This document shows positions 28,337 through 36,322 of a stretch of DNA of 36,322 bases, one piece after another. The stretch is from Promethearchaeota archaeon (lineage in GTDB: Archaea; Asgardarchaeota; Thorarchaeia; Thorarchaeales; Thorarchaeaceae). Positions within the stretch are counted from its first letter, which is position 1, and each line of letters starts with the position of its first letter. The notes beneath the pieces were generated by a model that saw nothing but the letters and a program-made list of their open reading frames with translations, had not been told where the DNA came from and did not search any database. The translations under genes and the position numbers were made by a program. The stretch covers positions 1 to 36,322 of the forward strand of contig WJMJ01000075.1 of the NCBI GenBank assembly GCA_014728035.1, written 5' to 3'.

Positions 28337-29617
28337 TTATTCCATAGCTGGAATTTGAATTATGAAAGTAGCTCCTTGAGAGGGATCATTCTCAATTCTA
28401 TCATCTACTTCAATTGATGCATTGTGTCTATCTAGTATCCGTTTTGCTAAAGTAAGTCCCAATCCAATTCCCATACTTGTCTGTTCAAATCGTTTGAACA
28501 GTATTTCTTTTCGCTCATCTGAAATTCCTGGGCCGAAATGTCTAATTTCAACAACTACCAAATCACGTTTGCGTGCTACTGAAACATCTAATCTTACAGG
28601 TATTTTCTCATCCAATTTGATTGCGTTGTGAAAAATATTGTAAAAGGCATCAATTAGTGAGACATCTGCATATACAGTATATGACCCAGGAGATACTATT
28701 AGTCTAAGATTAACTTCTTTCTTTGGAAATCTCGCTTCAGCAGACTCTATAGAATCTCTAAGAACTGAGAGAATATCGATTTCTTCAAAATGAAGATCTC
28801 CAGTGTCGACACGAATAAATTTCCTAACATTGGATAATAGATTACTTGCACGCTCTGTTTGGCTAACGGTTTTAAGAACAAGTTCTACTGCTTTTGGACT
28901 AAGATCCATTCTAGTTAGAAGTTCCAAACTTAGGAGAATTCCTTGGTGAATATTTGAGAGGTCATGGAACATCAGGTCCCTTAGAAAATTAGCTCGCAAT
29001 TCAGTTTCTTTTAGTTGTCTTTGCATGATTATTGTTTGAGTTACATCGCGGAATACACAATGGCTCATGGTAGTAGAATCTGATTCTTCTTGAGAAAGAC
29101 TACAGTCAAATTGGGCCTCTATTTCAGTTCCATCACTTGCAAGTAAACGAATTTTTCGGCCAAATACTTGACCCTCTCTCCATACCTCTTCAAAATGTCT
29201 TCTGAACGTTTCCTTTTCTTCTTCTGGTAGAATATCTGCAAATGATTTTCCGATTATAGTGTCTCTATCATATCCCATCTTTTTCAGCCATGTTGCATTA
29301 ACCTCTAGTATTCTACAATGACTGTCAAGAGACTGATACGGAATTGGAAGATTTTCATAGAGAAATCTGAATTTTCTTTCGCTTTCCTCTATGTGATAGT
29401 TATGTTTCTCGATTACTATTGAAAGTAAGCTTCCAAAAAGAACACAGAACGAAAATAGGACGGTTCTTATGTAGAATTCATGTGGTGGGATGTCTGTAAT
29501 GAGAAGTTCAACGAGTGTACCTTCGTAGAAGAAAATTGAATCTATTATTGCATCAAACAAAGTAACAAGAAAACCAAGTATAAACGATACGGCAATTATC
29601 AGTTGCTGAGTTTTCAT
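28337..29617 (-). CDS. Membrane-anchored PAS histidine kinase (HK5) with a variant G1 box
   Basis: Two N-terminal TM helices, one PAS, H-box 'LMFHDLSNIHQ', N-box 'NIFHNAIK', G1 'RHFGPGI', G2 'GIGLGL'; GGTGGGG RBS. Confidence 0.85.
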   Translation of the reverse strand: MKTQQLIIAVSFILGFLVTLFDAIIDSIFFYEGTLVELLITDIPPHEFYIRTVLFSFCVLFGSLLSIVIEKHNYHIEESERKFRFLYENLPIPYQSLDSHCRILEVNATWLKKMGYDRDTIIGKSFADILPEEEKETFRRHFEEVWREGQVFGRKIRLLASDGTEIEAQFDCSLSQEESDSTTMSHCVFRDVTQTIIMQRQLKETELRANFLRDLMFHDLSNIHQGILLSLELLTRMDLSPKAVELVLKTVSQTERASNLLSNVRKFIRVDTGDLHFEEIDILSVLRDSIESAEARFPKKEVNLRLIVSPGSYTVYADVSLIDAFYNIFHNAIKLDEKIPVRLDVSVARKRDLVVVEIRHFGPGISDERKEILFKRFEQTSMGIGLGLTLAKRILDRHNASIEVDDRIENDPSQGATFIIQIPAME

Positions 29618-30026
29618 TTACCCCACCTGCATGGTAGACATGCATTGGTGATGTAAACCGATGTTAGTATATACACCTTATTCGGATAGGTATTATTCCT
29701 AAGATATCTATCGTATTGTAAATTATCTCCTTAATAGCCATTCTCCAACTACCGATAAAGCATCATTACAGAGTTCCACTTCCAGCTACTGCTGACTCAT
29801 TTGACCTCGATTTTGGATAATTCGCAGGCCAATTTGTTTCCATAGATTAATCCTGATTCTGGAATCCTGTTAAAGTGAATAATCAAATACTTCGCCATTG
29901 CTAGAAAATGGATCGATTTCCAATCGCTGCTTAAGTGTTAAAGTCGATATCCTGATTAATTCCAATAAACTCTACAGGTTCATTTTTCCCCGGAAAGAGT
30001 TAAAAATTCCAACTAATGTTTATCTT

Positions 30027-31310
30027 ATGCCAAGCCGCCGCACATGGGGATTATCAGTCATAGTTGTTACTGTATTGGGTTTCTTCTACTTCTATGGGGG
30101 AAACTTGCTGCCTGCACAGGATAGTGCTTTCTATCATCCTGCAAAAGCACCAGGAATTGATGCACCTCCAGCCCATCACACAATTGTTGAGGTCTCGAAT
30201 TGTAGTGAGCTCAGAGAAGCTTTGTTGAATGTTGAAAACCATACGACAATCTTTCTAGATGACGGTATCTACTGTGTTTATGATCTCCCTGAACAGCAAT
30301 TCCTCACACCATATGGACGACAAGTAGAAGATATTCACATCCGCGGAAAAAACGGAAACCGAGATTCGGTTATAATTGAAGGTGCTGGACAGTTTTCTGA
30401 AACCGGACAATACGGAATCCAAGTCTTTGGTGCAACAGACATCGTGATTGCAGACCTTACGATTCGCAAGGTCTATTATCATTGCATAAGCCTCCATCCT
30501 GAACAAGGCGCAGAAAATATCACACTCTACAATGTGAGAATGATTGATGCCGGGGAACAATTACTCAAATGCAATAGAGATTCAGGTTCACAGCTTCAAT
30601 ATCTTGATATCCAATACTGCTCATTCGAGTTGTCCGATGGCTGGGGTGTACATCCAGCCTTAGGTTATGCGTATGGAAATGGCATGAGCCTGCACGCGGT
30701 CGTAAATGCCAGCATCCGAGACTGTTTCTTTTTCAATCTCTACTATACTGATGGCAATCTCGCTGGACCTGCAATTCTGGTATGGCATGACTGTATCGGT
30801 ACAATTGTTGAAAGATGTGTCTTCATCAATTGTGCTAGAGGGGTTTGTCTTGGCCTTGGTGAAGGAGAGCATACTGGTGGTCTGATTGCAAACAACTTTT
30901 TCTATAGATCAGCTTCACTCTCTGCTCCTGTGGACACAGCCATCTATATTGCATCTTCAAATGCCATGGTCTGTCATAATACTATAGTTGTTGATGATTC
31001 ATATTTTGCACCTATCGAAATCAGATTCTCATCCACAACTGGTGTGGTAGTTGTGAACAATATTCTGGATAGTGGTGATATTATCCTTAGAGATGGAGCT
31101 ACTGCCACTGTTGAATCGAATACAAATCTAGCAACAAGAGACTGGTTTGCTGATATGGACCATGGAGACCTACACCTTGTCAACAATAACTATACTCAAG
31201 CCTATGCTATTGATAGAGCAAATTATACAACGACTATATCTCGAGACTTTGATGGTGATTTGAGGCCTCAAGGTGAGGTGATTGATCTCGGGGCGGATGA
31301 GTTCAAATAA
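30027..31310 (+). CDS. Secreted or membrane-anchored right-handed parallel beta-helix protein (pectin-lyase-like fold)
   Basis: N-terminal RR plus a hydrophobic helix; beta-helix repeats ('IADLTI', 'IRDCFF', 'VERCVF', 'IANNFF', 'VCHNTI', 'VVNNIL'); C-terminal 'DFDGDLRPQG...DLGADEF' motif. ATG 30027 is preferred over 29898. Confidence 0.8.
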   Translation: MPSRRTWGLSVIVVTVLGFFYFYGGNLLPAQDSAFYHPAKAPGIDAPPAHHTIVEVSNCSELREALLNVENHTTIFLDDGIYCVYDLPEQQFLTPYGRQVEDIHIRGKNGNRDSVIIEGAGQFSETGQYGIQVFGATDIVIADLTIRKVYYHCISLHPEQGAENITLYNVRMIDAGEQLLKCNRDSGSQLQYLDIQYCSFELSDGWGVHPALGYAYGNGMSLHAVVNASIRDCFFFNLYYTDGNLAGPAILVWHDCIGTIVERCVFINCARGVCLGLGEGEHTGGLIANNFFYRSASLSAPVDTAIYIASSNAMVCHNTIVVDDSYFAPIEIRFSSTTGVVVVNNILDSGDIILRDGATATVESNTNLATRDWFADMDHGDLHLVNNNYTQAYAIDRANYTTTISRDFDGDLRPQGEVIDLGADEFK

Positions 31311-31452
31311 CGTGCCAGAATATACTAACCTTCTGTTTCAATTCTCTTATGTACAGGTACATGTAGCTCTAGGAGATGTCTTGTAGTTTGATAATGCAAT
31401 TCTCTCAACTTTAATCATATATCCTGTTAAAGAATATCGGCTCAGTACATTA

Positions 31453-31541
31453 CAAACGTTGTATATATCCAAAACGTTTGAATTATTCTGTACGTTTGAT
31501 TTACGCCAAACATTTATATACGTTTGATATATACCAAACAT
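31453..31541. promoter_or_regulatory. Array of three ~23-bp palindromic operator-like boxes
   Basis: 31455 AACGTTGTATATATCCAAAACGT; 31491 TACGTTTGATTTACGCCAAACAT; 31519 TACGTTTGATATATACCAAACAT. The core is a GTTTG-N8-CAAAC dyad. Confidence 0.65.
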
Positions 31542-31551
31542 AAGACAGAAA

Positions 31552-31692
31552 ATGATTGAGTTGAAAGAAATGAATGAACACTGCCGTGCACTAAGTGGTT
31601 TCGGAGTTATTGTCATTGGTCCAGCAATTCTACTACAAGATAGAATTCAGGACAATTGTGTTACCGCTACAAGGAAGAGGCCTGGAAGATGA
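31552..31692 (+). CDS. Putative small ORF (46 aa) overlapping the longin-like gene start
   Basis: MIELKEMNEHCRALSGFGVIVIGPAILLQDRIQDNCVTATRKRPGR*; its TGA overlaps ATG 31689 (ATGA). Confidence 0.3.
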   Translation: MIELKEMNEHCRALSGFGVIVIGPAILLQDRIQDNCVTATRKRPGR

Positions 31693-32144
31693 GCAATTTT
31701 CTACGCAGTTACTTCTGCAGCAACAATGTAGATGGTGATCAAGTTCACACACCAGTAGCTATCTCCTTTCTCGACGGAGGAGGAATTCCAGTATATTCAT
31801 TGGGTATTAGTCAAGATGAGTGCGACCATTTCTTATTAGGTGGGTTCATAAAAGCCGCTCAACACTTTTTCCTACACTTCTTTCAACAACATGTCAGTTA
31901 CTTCGAACTTGACCGATATGGAGTCCTTTTACACCGAAAACAGGACTTGACCGCAATCTATCTTTTCACTGGTTCTCGCTCCTCAGCAGAGAAATCTCTC
32001 CAAAACCTAGTACTACGACTGATAGAGAATCCTGAGGTGATGGAAGCGCTCCATATCACTAGCACAACTGGTAAGTCAATAGACCAAGGAACTCAGCACA
32101 TGATGGATGGTATGGCTATCGAAAGTCTTCAAATATCCAATTAG
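31689..32144 (+). CDS. Stand-alone longin-like domain protein (Asgard type)
   Basis: 'PVAISFLDGGGIPVYS...DHFLLGGFIKAAQHFF...YGVLL...AIYLFTGSRSSAEKSL' follows the beta-beta-alpha-beta-beta-beta-alpha longin pattern. The ORF track starts at 31656. Confidence 0.6.
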   Translation: MSNFLRSYFCSNNVDGDQVHTPVAISFLDGGGIPVYSLGISQDECDHFLLGGFIKAAQHFFLHFFQQHVSYFELDRYGVLLHRKQDLTAIYLFTGSRSSAEKSLQNLVLRLIENPEVMEALHITSTTGKSIDQGTQHMMDGMAIESLQISN

Positions 32145-32411
32145 TAGTAAATGGATATTGTGGAATCGAAGCTCTCTATGCCTCTATTCTGACAATTCTT
32201 TTCATGATTGTCGGTTTCGTTCTTCTAATTATCATTTCGCATTCATTCTCCCAAAGCGAATATATCCGTCTTGAAATAATTCAACTGTTATTCTTCATAT
32301 TCTTTGACTAATTGTGGGACTTGGCATTTTCGAAGAATGCGTCTAGCTTCATAAATCTCATTGTTTGATGTATTATTTGTTAGTTTTCAGTCATTTTTTC
32401 CAAACTCAAAG

Positions 32412-33860
32412 TCAAGCTATAATCATCTCTTTGAAAGAAACTGTTAGTTCAAAGATGGTTACAGCCAGAATAGGTCCCCAAATCAGACCATCAAGTATTC
32501 CTGCAGCTCCAATGAATATGTGGGTAACATGAAATCCGAAAAGAGGTGAAATGATTATTATATCAGCAAATAAAGCTGGAACAAGAGTCATAATAAAAAT
32601 GGATGTAATTCTTCTCAATCTGTTTTCCGAAATATTTAGCGTAATTTTATTGGAATTCCTTGATGAGTGGAAATAGTCTACGATTATTTGAGCTAGAATT
32701 GGTGCGATAATTATTCCCCAAATCACTTGATATCGATCATGCTGTAAAGCATATTCCTCTACATAATATGGTATGTTAGTTAACACTAGTATACTAAAAC
32801 AGAGAATGCCTGTCAATGTAAAGAAAGTGAAATTTTTTGTGAAGTATTCTTTTAATTTCTTATATGCAATACGAATCTCATTTATGAGAAAAACTCCCAA
32901 AGATAGCAAAACAAGGATAATTGTATAGTGGAGATAATAATTGATTCCATTAATATTTCCTATATACAGTGTAACAGACTGCAAGTAATTCCGAGACTGG
33001 TCAGAATAACTTGGTTGATATCTACCAACAAGGCCTCCAATGAGGATTATGCATATGCTAACAAGCATTTGAGTATCTGAAGGCCCTGGTATATTTTCAA
33101 GGTTAATATCGGTTTTTCCAATTTGTTTTAGATCATCAATATTGAATCTATCAAGAAGACTGAGTGCAATTATTGCAGAAAGAGTAACAACAAATCCCAC
33201 AAATTTTACTGATAAAGGATTTAAGATACTATCATTTACAGCTCTTGGAACAAAAAATTGAAGAAAGAAAGAAACTCCTAAAATAAGATAGCTAATCGAT
33301 GCATTATTCATACTCAAAGTTACATCATCATCAATATGTCCTAATATCTTAATTCTATGAATATATGCAAAAAAACAAGTCAATGAAACTATTACTATAC
33401 TCATAATTAGAGTCCCTAAATCTGCAATTGGATTGTTTTGAATGAATACTGCACCATCATCCCATAAAATAAAGAAGTTTGAATTTGCAGTTAGTAAAAT
33501 CACTACCAGCATTAAGTGGATAACTATAATAATAAATTGATGTTGTTTTCCAAGATTCAAATGTTGTAATAGGATAAGGAGGAGGCAAAACAATGAAATA
33601 TGATATCCAATTAATACAAGAATTGGAACCCAAGATATACTAAAATCAAATGAAGCTTGAATTATCCCTGCTGTTAAATAAGTAATAAGAATTCCAAAAT
33701 TCATTATAAAAAAACCGGACAAACCAGTTACGACTAATCTTCTAGAATCTTTGTTTTTGCAATATCCTTTATTCGAGTGATACAGTTTCTGAAAAATTAA
33801 ACCTATTGAAATCAATGATAGGATAAGATTAATTCCCACACCTACAAACCAAATGATCAA
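32412..33860 (-). CDS. Multi-pass membrane protein (~13 TM) with a DUF1614-like C-terminal half
   Basis: TTG start with GAGGT RBS; very hydrophobic; the C-terminal 'ALFADII...IGAAGILDGLIWGP' resembles the DUF1614 'GADL...IGGAGTFDGIF' motif. Confidence 0.7.
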   Translation of the reverse strand: MIIWFVGVGINLILSLISIGLIFQKLYHSNKGYCKNKDSRRLVVTGLSGFFIMNFGILITYLTAGIIQASFDFSISWVPILVLIGYHISLFCLLLILLQHLNLGKQHQFIIIVIHLMLVVILLTANSNFFILWDDGAVFIQNNPIADLGTLIMSIVIVSLTCFFAYIHRIKILGHIDDDVTLSMNNASISYLILGVSFFLQFFVPRAVNDSILNPLSVKFVGFVVTLSAIIALSLLDRFNIDDLKQIGKTDINLENIPGPSDTQMLVSICIILIGGLVGRYQPSYSDQSRNYLQSVTLYIGNINGINYYLHYTIILVLLSLGVFLINEIRIAYKKLKEYFTKNFTFFTLTGILCFSILVLTNIPYYVEEYALQHDRYQVIWGIIIAPILAQIIVDYFHSSRNSNKITLNISENRLRRITSIFIMTLVPALFADIIIISPLFGFHVTHIFIGAAGILDGLIWGPILAVTIFELTVSFKEMIIA

Positions 33861-34005
33861 TAGATAGACCTCATCCTAATTTGGAGATTTTCTGCTATTT
33901 AAATTGGTTTGATATTCTAAGATGTTGATAGGAAAGGTTATTAATAATGAGAACATTAGTTAGGTTTAGGTTTCTTATTTATAAGAAACTTGGGAGATAA
34001 CTAAG

Positions 34006-34674
34006 TTGCAAAAGGTAGTTGCTAGAAAAGGACTTCTATTTCTCTTTGTATTTCTCGCAATATCTGCTATAGGTACAATTCCTATGATGTTGGCAGATGG
34101 TACTGACGGTGGTGGTGGTGGAACATACTACCCATGGACACGTGCTAGGCTAGTTATTCTAGAAAATGATTGGCAAGCAAGTCCAAGTCGTACTGGAATG
34201 TGTCAGTTCCGAGCAAATCCTAGCTCTGGAAGTACTGAGATGATTTTAGAAAAAGAAATTACAATAACTCAAATAAGCTATCTAAAAATTCACATATATT
34301 GGTCATATAATGTTAAGTCTACAGGTTCAATGCAGGCTCGTTACAAGCTGATGAGTCATTTATACAAACCAAATGGAATTGGAATGGCATCAGGAGTTGA
34401 TACTCAAGTCAACTTGTATAAACCGAATTATGATTCAAGTGAAACTTGGATTGCTTCCGGTAATGATTATCATCGATACATTGGTCTTGAATGGGTAAAA
34501 TGTACAACCACTGGAACTTGGACGTTCAAAGTATTTGTGCAGGCTACACATTGGAGTCCTGGTGGATATTGTTACCGAAGTACTGGTTCAAGCTACTACG
34601 CATATATGGATATTCCTACAGTAGTGCTTACCATTACTACGAACCCCCCTCCAATATTCTATAACGGTGGCTAA
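34006..34674 (+). CDS. Secreted beta-rich hypothetical protein
   Basis: GGGAGA RBS plus TTG; basic-then-hydrophobic signal peptide; 'DGTDGGGGGTYYP' linker; mature region rich in Tyr, Trp, Thr and Gly. Confidence 0.75.
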   Translation: MQKVVARKGLLFLFVFLAISAIGTIPMMLADGTDGGGGGTYYPWTRARLVILENDWQASPSRTGMCQFRANPSSGSTEMILEKEITITQISYLKIHIYWSYNVKSTGSMQARYKLMSHLYKPNGIGMASGVDTQVNLYKPNYDSSETWIASGNDYHRYIGLEWVKCTTTGTWTFKVFVQATHWSPGGYCYRSTGSSYYAYMDIPTVVLTITTNPPPIFYNGG

Positions 34675-34690
34675 TTCTATATCTGAAATT

Positions 34691-34715
34691 AGGGGATTTT
34701 AATATCCCCTTTTTT
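34691..34715 (+). terminator. Intrinsic terminator-like hairpin
   Basis: AGGGGAT-TTTAAT-ATCCCCT followed by TTTTT, 16 nt after the stop at 34674. Confidence 0.7.
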
Positions 34716-34853
34716 CCATCTTAAGTTATGATTGGATTATTTCGATTCTCTGAAGGTAAGCTTATTCTATGTATTACTCTTGTTGGAATTGATAATCAAT
34801 ATCTGAAACTATTAGTGTTTCTAACTATAGAAATAATATATTGTTCAATACTT

Positions 34854-35140
34854 ATGCCTGATTACAATGATATAGGAAAAAATCTCACTCTAAGTATTCA
34901 TTTGATTCTTGGATTGATTTCAGGATTTGGTATTTTCATATACACTATCCAATATATCCTACCAAGTGAGATTACAGCTCGCCATCAATTTCGAAAATAC
35001 TCAATACTCTCTTATCTTCAGCGGTGTGATTATAATGGGAATCGTTTGAATAGCAATGGCAACAGGACATTTATCTCTCACATTTTGGTCTGGATAACTT
35101 CTTTGGACACTGTGTTCTATACTGAATAGTTTCAGTACAG
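34854..35140 (+). pseudogene. Probable decayed membrane-protein gene
   Basis: MPDYNDIGKNLTLSIHLILGLISGFGIFIYTIQYILPSEIT. Hydrophobic sequence then continues only in another frame (LAINFENTQYSLIFSGVIIMGIV*IAMATGHLSLTFWSG*LLWTLCSILNSF), with two stops. Confidence 0.35.
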
Positions 35141-35160
35141 GCTCAAACTTGGTCGTCCTG

Positions 35161-35943
35161 CTATTTTTTCAGAAAATTATCTACTAACGAATTGAACTCA
35201 TCTGCATGGTCAGTTATGATGAGATGTCCCGCTTTATCTACGATGATTATATCTGATTGAGGAAGCCACTCGTGTAACATCTCAGATGCCCAGACGGGAG
35301 TTGTGATGTCCTCTTTCCCTACAATAAGAAGAGTTGGTATCTCAAGATTTCTCAGATTCTCACAAATGTTGAAACCTGCTGATGCAGCAGTGGCATATAG
35401 TGCATCCTTTTGGGTCATATGATCCGTGACCATTTTAGCAATCCATTTCGTGTCTTCTTCATTGTAGGGAGAGAGACCACGTTTACCAATTCCTAGGGCA
35501 AATTTCTCAATAGGATTACCTTGTACTCTACCTGCAACATCTGTCACAGCTTCATTACTGACGAAACAGTAGGAGCTTGCAACTACTAATTTATGGATTT
35601 CCTCGGGATGTTCAAGTGCATATACAAGCGCTACCATTCCCCCAAGTGAATGCCCCATGATTGACACTTCAGAATTCCATCCCAGATGCTCCATGAGAAT
35701 GACCATATCATCAACATAGTTTCTGATTGTGTATCGTTTTCCAGTCTTGATTGACCGACCATGTCCATGGAGATCAAATCGAAGAATATGATAGTCCTGC
35801 TCAAAATAGGATAACTGATCTCTCCAACAATCTGCATTTAGGAAAAGCCCGTGAATCAAGACTATTTTTGGACCCGTTTCGTTTCCGCTTATTGCATAAG
35901 CTATTTTTGTTCCATTCTTCTCAAGGATTTCCACTGCAACCAC
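35161..35943 (-). CDS. Alpha/beta hydrolase (PcaD/MhpC-like)
   Basis: 'LIHGL', 'DLHGHGRS', nucleophile elbow 'GHSLGG', 'GKEDITTP', 'AGHL'. Confidence 0.9.
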   Translation of the reverse strand: MVAVEILEKNGTKIAYAISGNETGPKIVLIHGLFLNADCWRDQLSYFEQDYHILRFDLHGHGRSIKTGKRYTIRNYVDDMVILMEHLGWNSEVSIMGHSLGGMVALVYALEHPEEIHKLVVASSYCFVSNEAVTDVAGRVQGNPIEKFALGIGKRGLSPYNEEDTKWIAKMVTDHMTQKDALYATAASAGFNICENLRNLEIPTLLIVGKEDITTPVWASEMLHEWLPQSDIIIVDKAGHLIITDHADEFNSLVDNFLKK

Positions 35944-35984
35944 GATATTCTATAGTTCATAACCAATAGAAAAATCCTCTGTCT

Positions 35985-36322
35985 CTAGGAGTAGTATTGG
36001 AACCAATGACGAGTTGATGATTCAATTCTGTGTTCCGCATGTTCTGTATAATAGTCTGGATATACTTTCTCTTGGATATATTCTTCTGGAGTAAGACCGT
36101 TTTGGATAGCTTCCAATATCGAAGTTTTGAAATCTGTTAGAACTTCTAGTTGCTCTTCAATAATTTCAAGCCCTCCAACAGGTCCATGTCCAGGTATAAC
36201 GATTTCAGGCTTTATTTGAATTACTCTATCAAGAGCAGCAATCCAAGCATCAGGCTCACATGTGGGATCGCCTGCATACGGAAATGACTTGTTAAAGATT
36301 AGATCACCAATGAATACTACTC
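35985..36322 (-). CDS. Metallo-beta-lactamase fold hydrolase, C-terminal part (runs off the window)
   Basis: Manual translation gives VVFIGDLIFNKSFPYAGDPTCEPDAWIAALDRV...IVIPGHGP...RHWFQYYS*, containing the MBL motifs 'GDL' and 'PGHG'. Not in the ORF track because the start lies outside the window. Confidence 0.85.
   Translation of the reverse strand, partial: VVFIGDLIFNKSFPYAGDPTCEPDAWIAALDRVIQIKPEIVIPGHGPVGGLEIIEEQLEVLTDFKTSILEAIQNGLTPEEYIQEKVYPDYYTEHAEHRIESSTRHWFQYYS

Noticed and set aside
29640-30020. About 400-bp gap between HK5 and the beta-helix gene, with short protein-like stretches
   Set aside because: The minus-strand frames I translated are interrupted by stops, and no family motif or RNA structure could be recognised.
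31453-31541. Repeat array read as a mini-CRISPR or replication origin
   Set aside because: Spacers are only 13 and 5 bp, the repeats are degenerate, and no cas or orc1/cdc6 gene is nearby.
31347-31616. 89-aa minus-strand ORF
   Set aside because: It spans the operator-like array and has low-complexity Asn/Val/Tyr content derived from those repeats.
32150-32311. Hydrophobic open stretch after the longin-like gene
   Set aside because: No convincing start or RBS, and T-rich DNA yields such peptides by chance.
71-35050. Several in-frame TGA codons (71, 16920, 21199, about 35047), suggesting UGA recoding to Trp or Sec
   Set aside because: Many intact genes here end at TGA exactly where their families end (MFS, HK1, HK2, ABC ATPase, HtrA, MaoC), and the 16583-17033 gene also has a frameshift. 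Decay explains this better.
34728-35129. 133-aa ORF from the ORF track taken as an intact gene
   Set aside because: It starts right after a terminator without an RBS, and its hydrophobic character switches frame midway. Treated as a probable remnant instead.
675-35969. Numerous 60-141 aa ORFs antisense to or nested in long genes (e.g. 4651-5076, 5297-5665, 18525-18932, 26958-27365)
   Set aside because: Shadow frames of well-supported genes, with no motifs.

Overview
Archaeal window, most consistent with an Asgard archaeon, probably Thorarchaeia. This is inferred from GGTGA/GGAG ribosome-binding sites, archaeal-type 'RHD..NDLQ' PAS histidine kinases, a longin-like ORF and an Ig-like surface-repeat remnant; no marker gene is present. 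In order, the window holds: a Pol-beta-type nucleotidyltransferase; a tldD-tldE(pmbA) pair divergent from an M48/HtpX-like membrane peptidase with an EF-hand-like loop; a DHA2 MFS exporter divergent from a second nucleotidyltransferase; three tandem PAS/GAF histidine kinases; a GPH-family MFS transporter followed by a degenerate FdhD-like protein; a 395-aa unknown; an Ig-like surface-protein pseudogene; an ABC-2 exporter operon; an EamA transporter; a soluble HtrA; a 5-PAS kinase; a bacterial-style acyl-CoA ligase/KAS III-like/MaoC operon; a membrane PAS kinase with a mutated G1 box; an exported beta-helix protein; a stand-alone longin-like gene behind three palindromic operator-like boxes; an AT-rich islet (multi-pass DUF1614-like protein, divergent secreted protein, decayed membrane gene); an alpha/beta hydrolase; and a partial metallo-beta-lactamase-fold gene. 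There are five kinases and no response regulator. No rRNA, tRNA, CRISPR array or mobile element was recognised. All family assignments come from motif recognition by eye, not from database searches.
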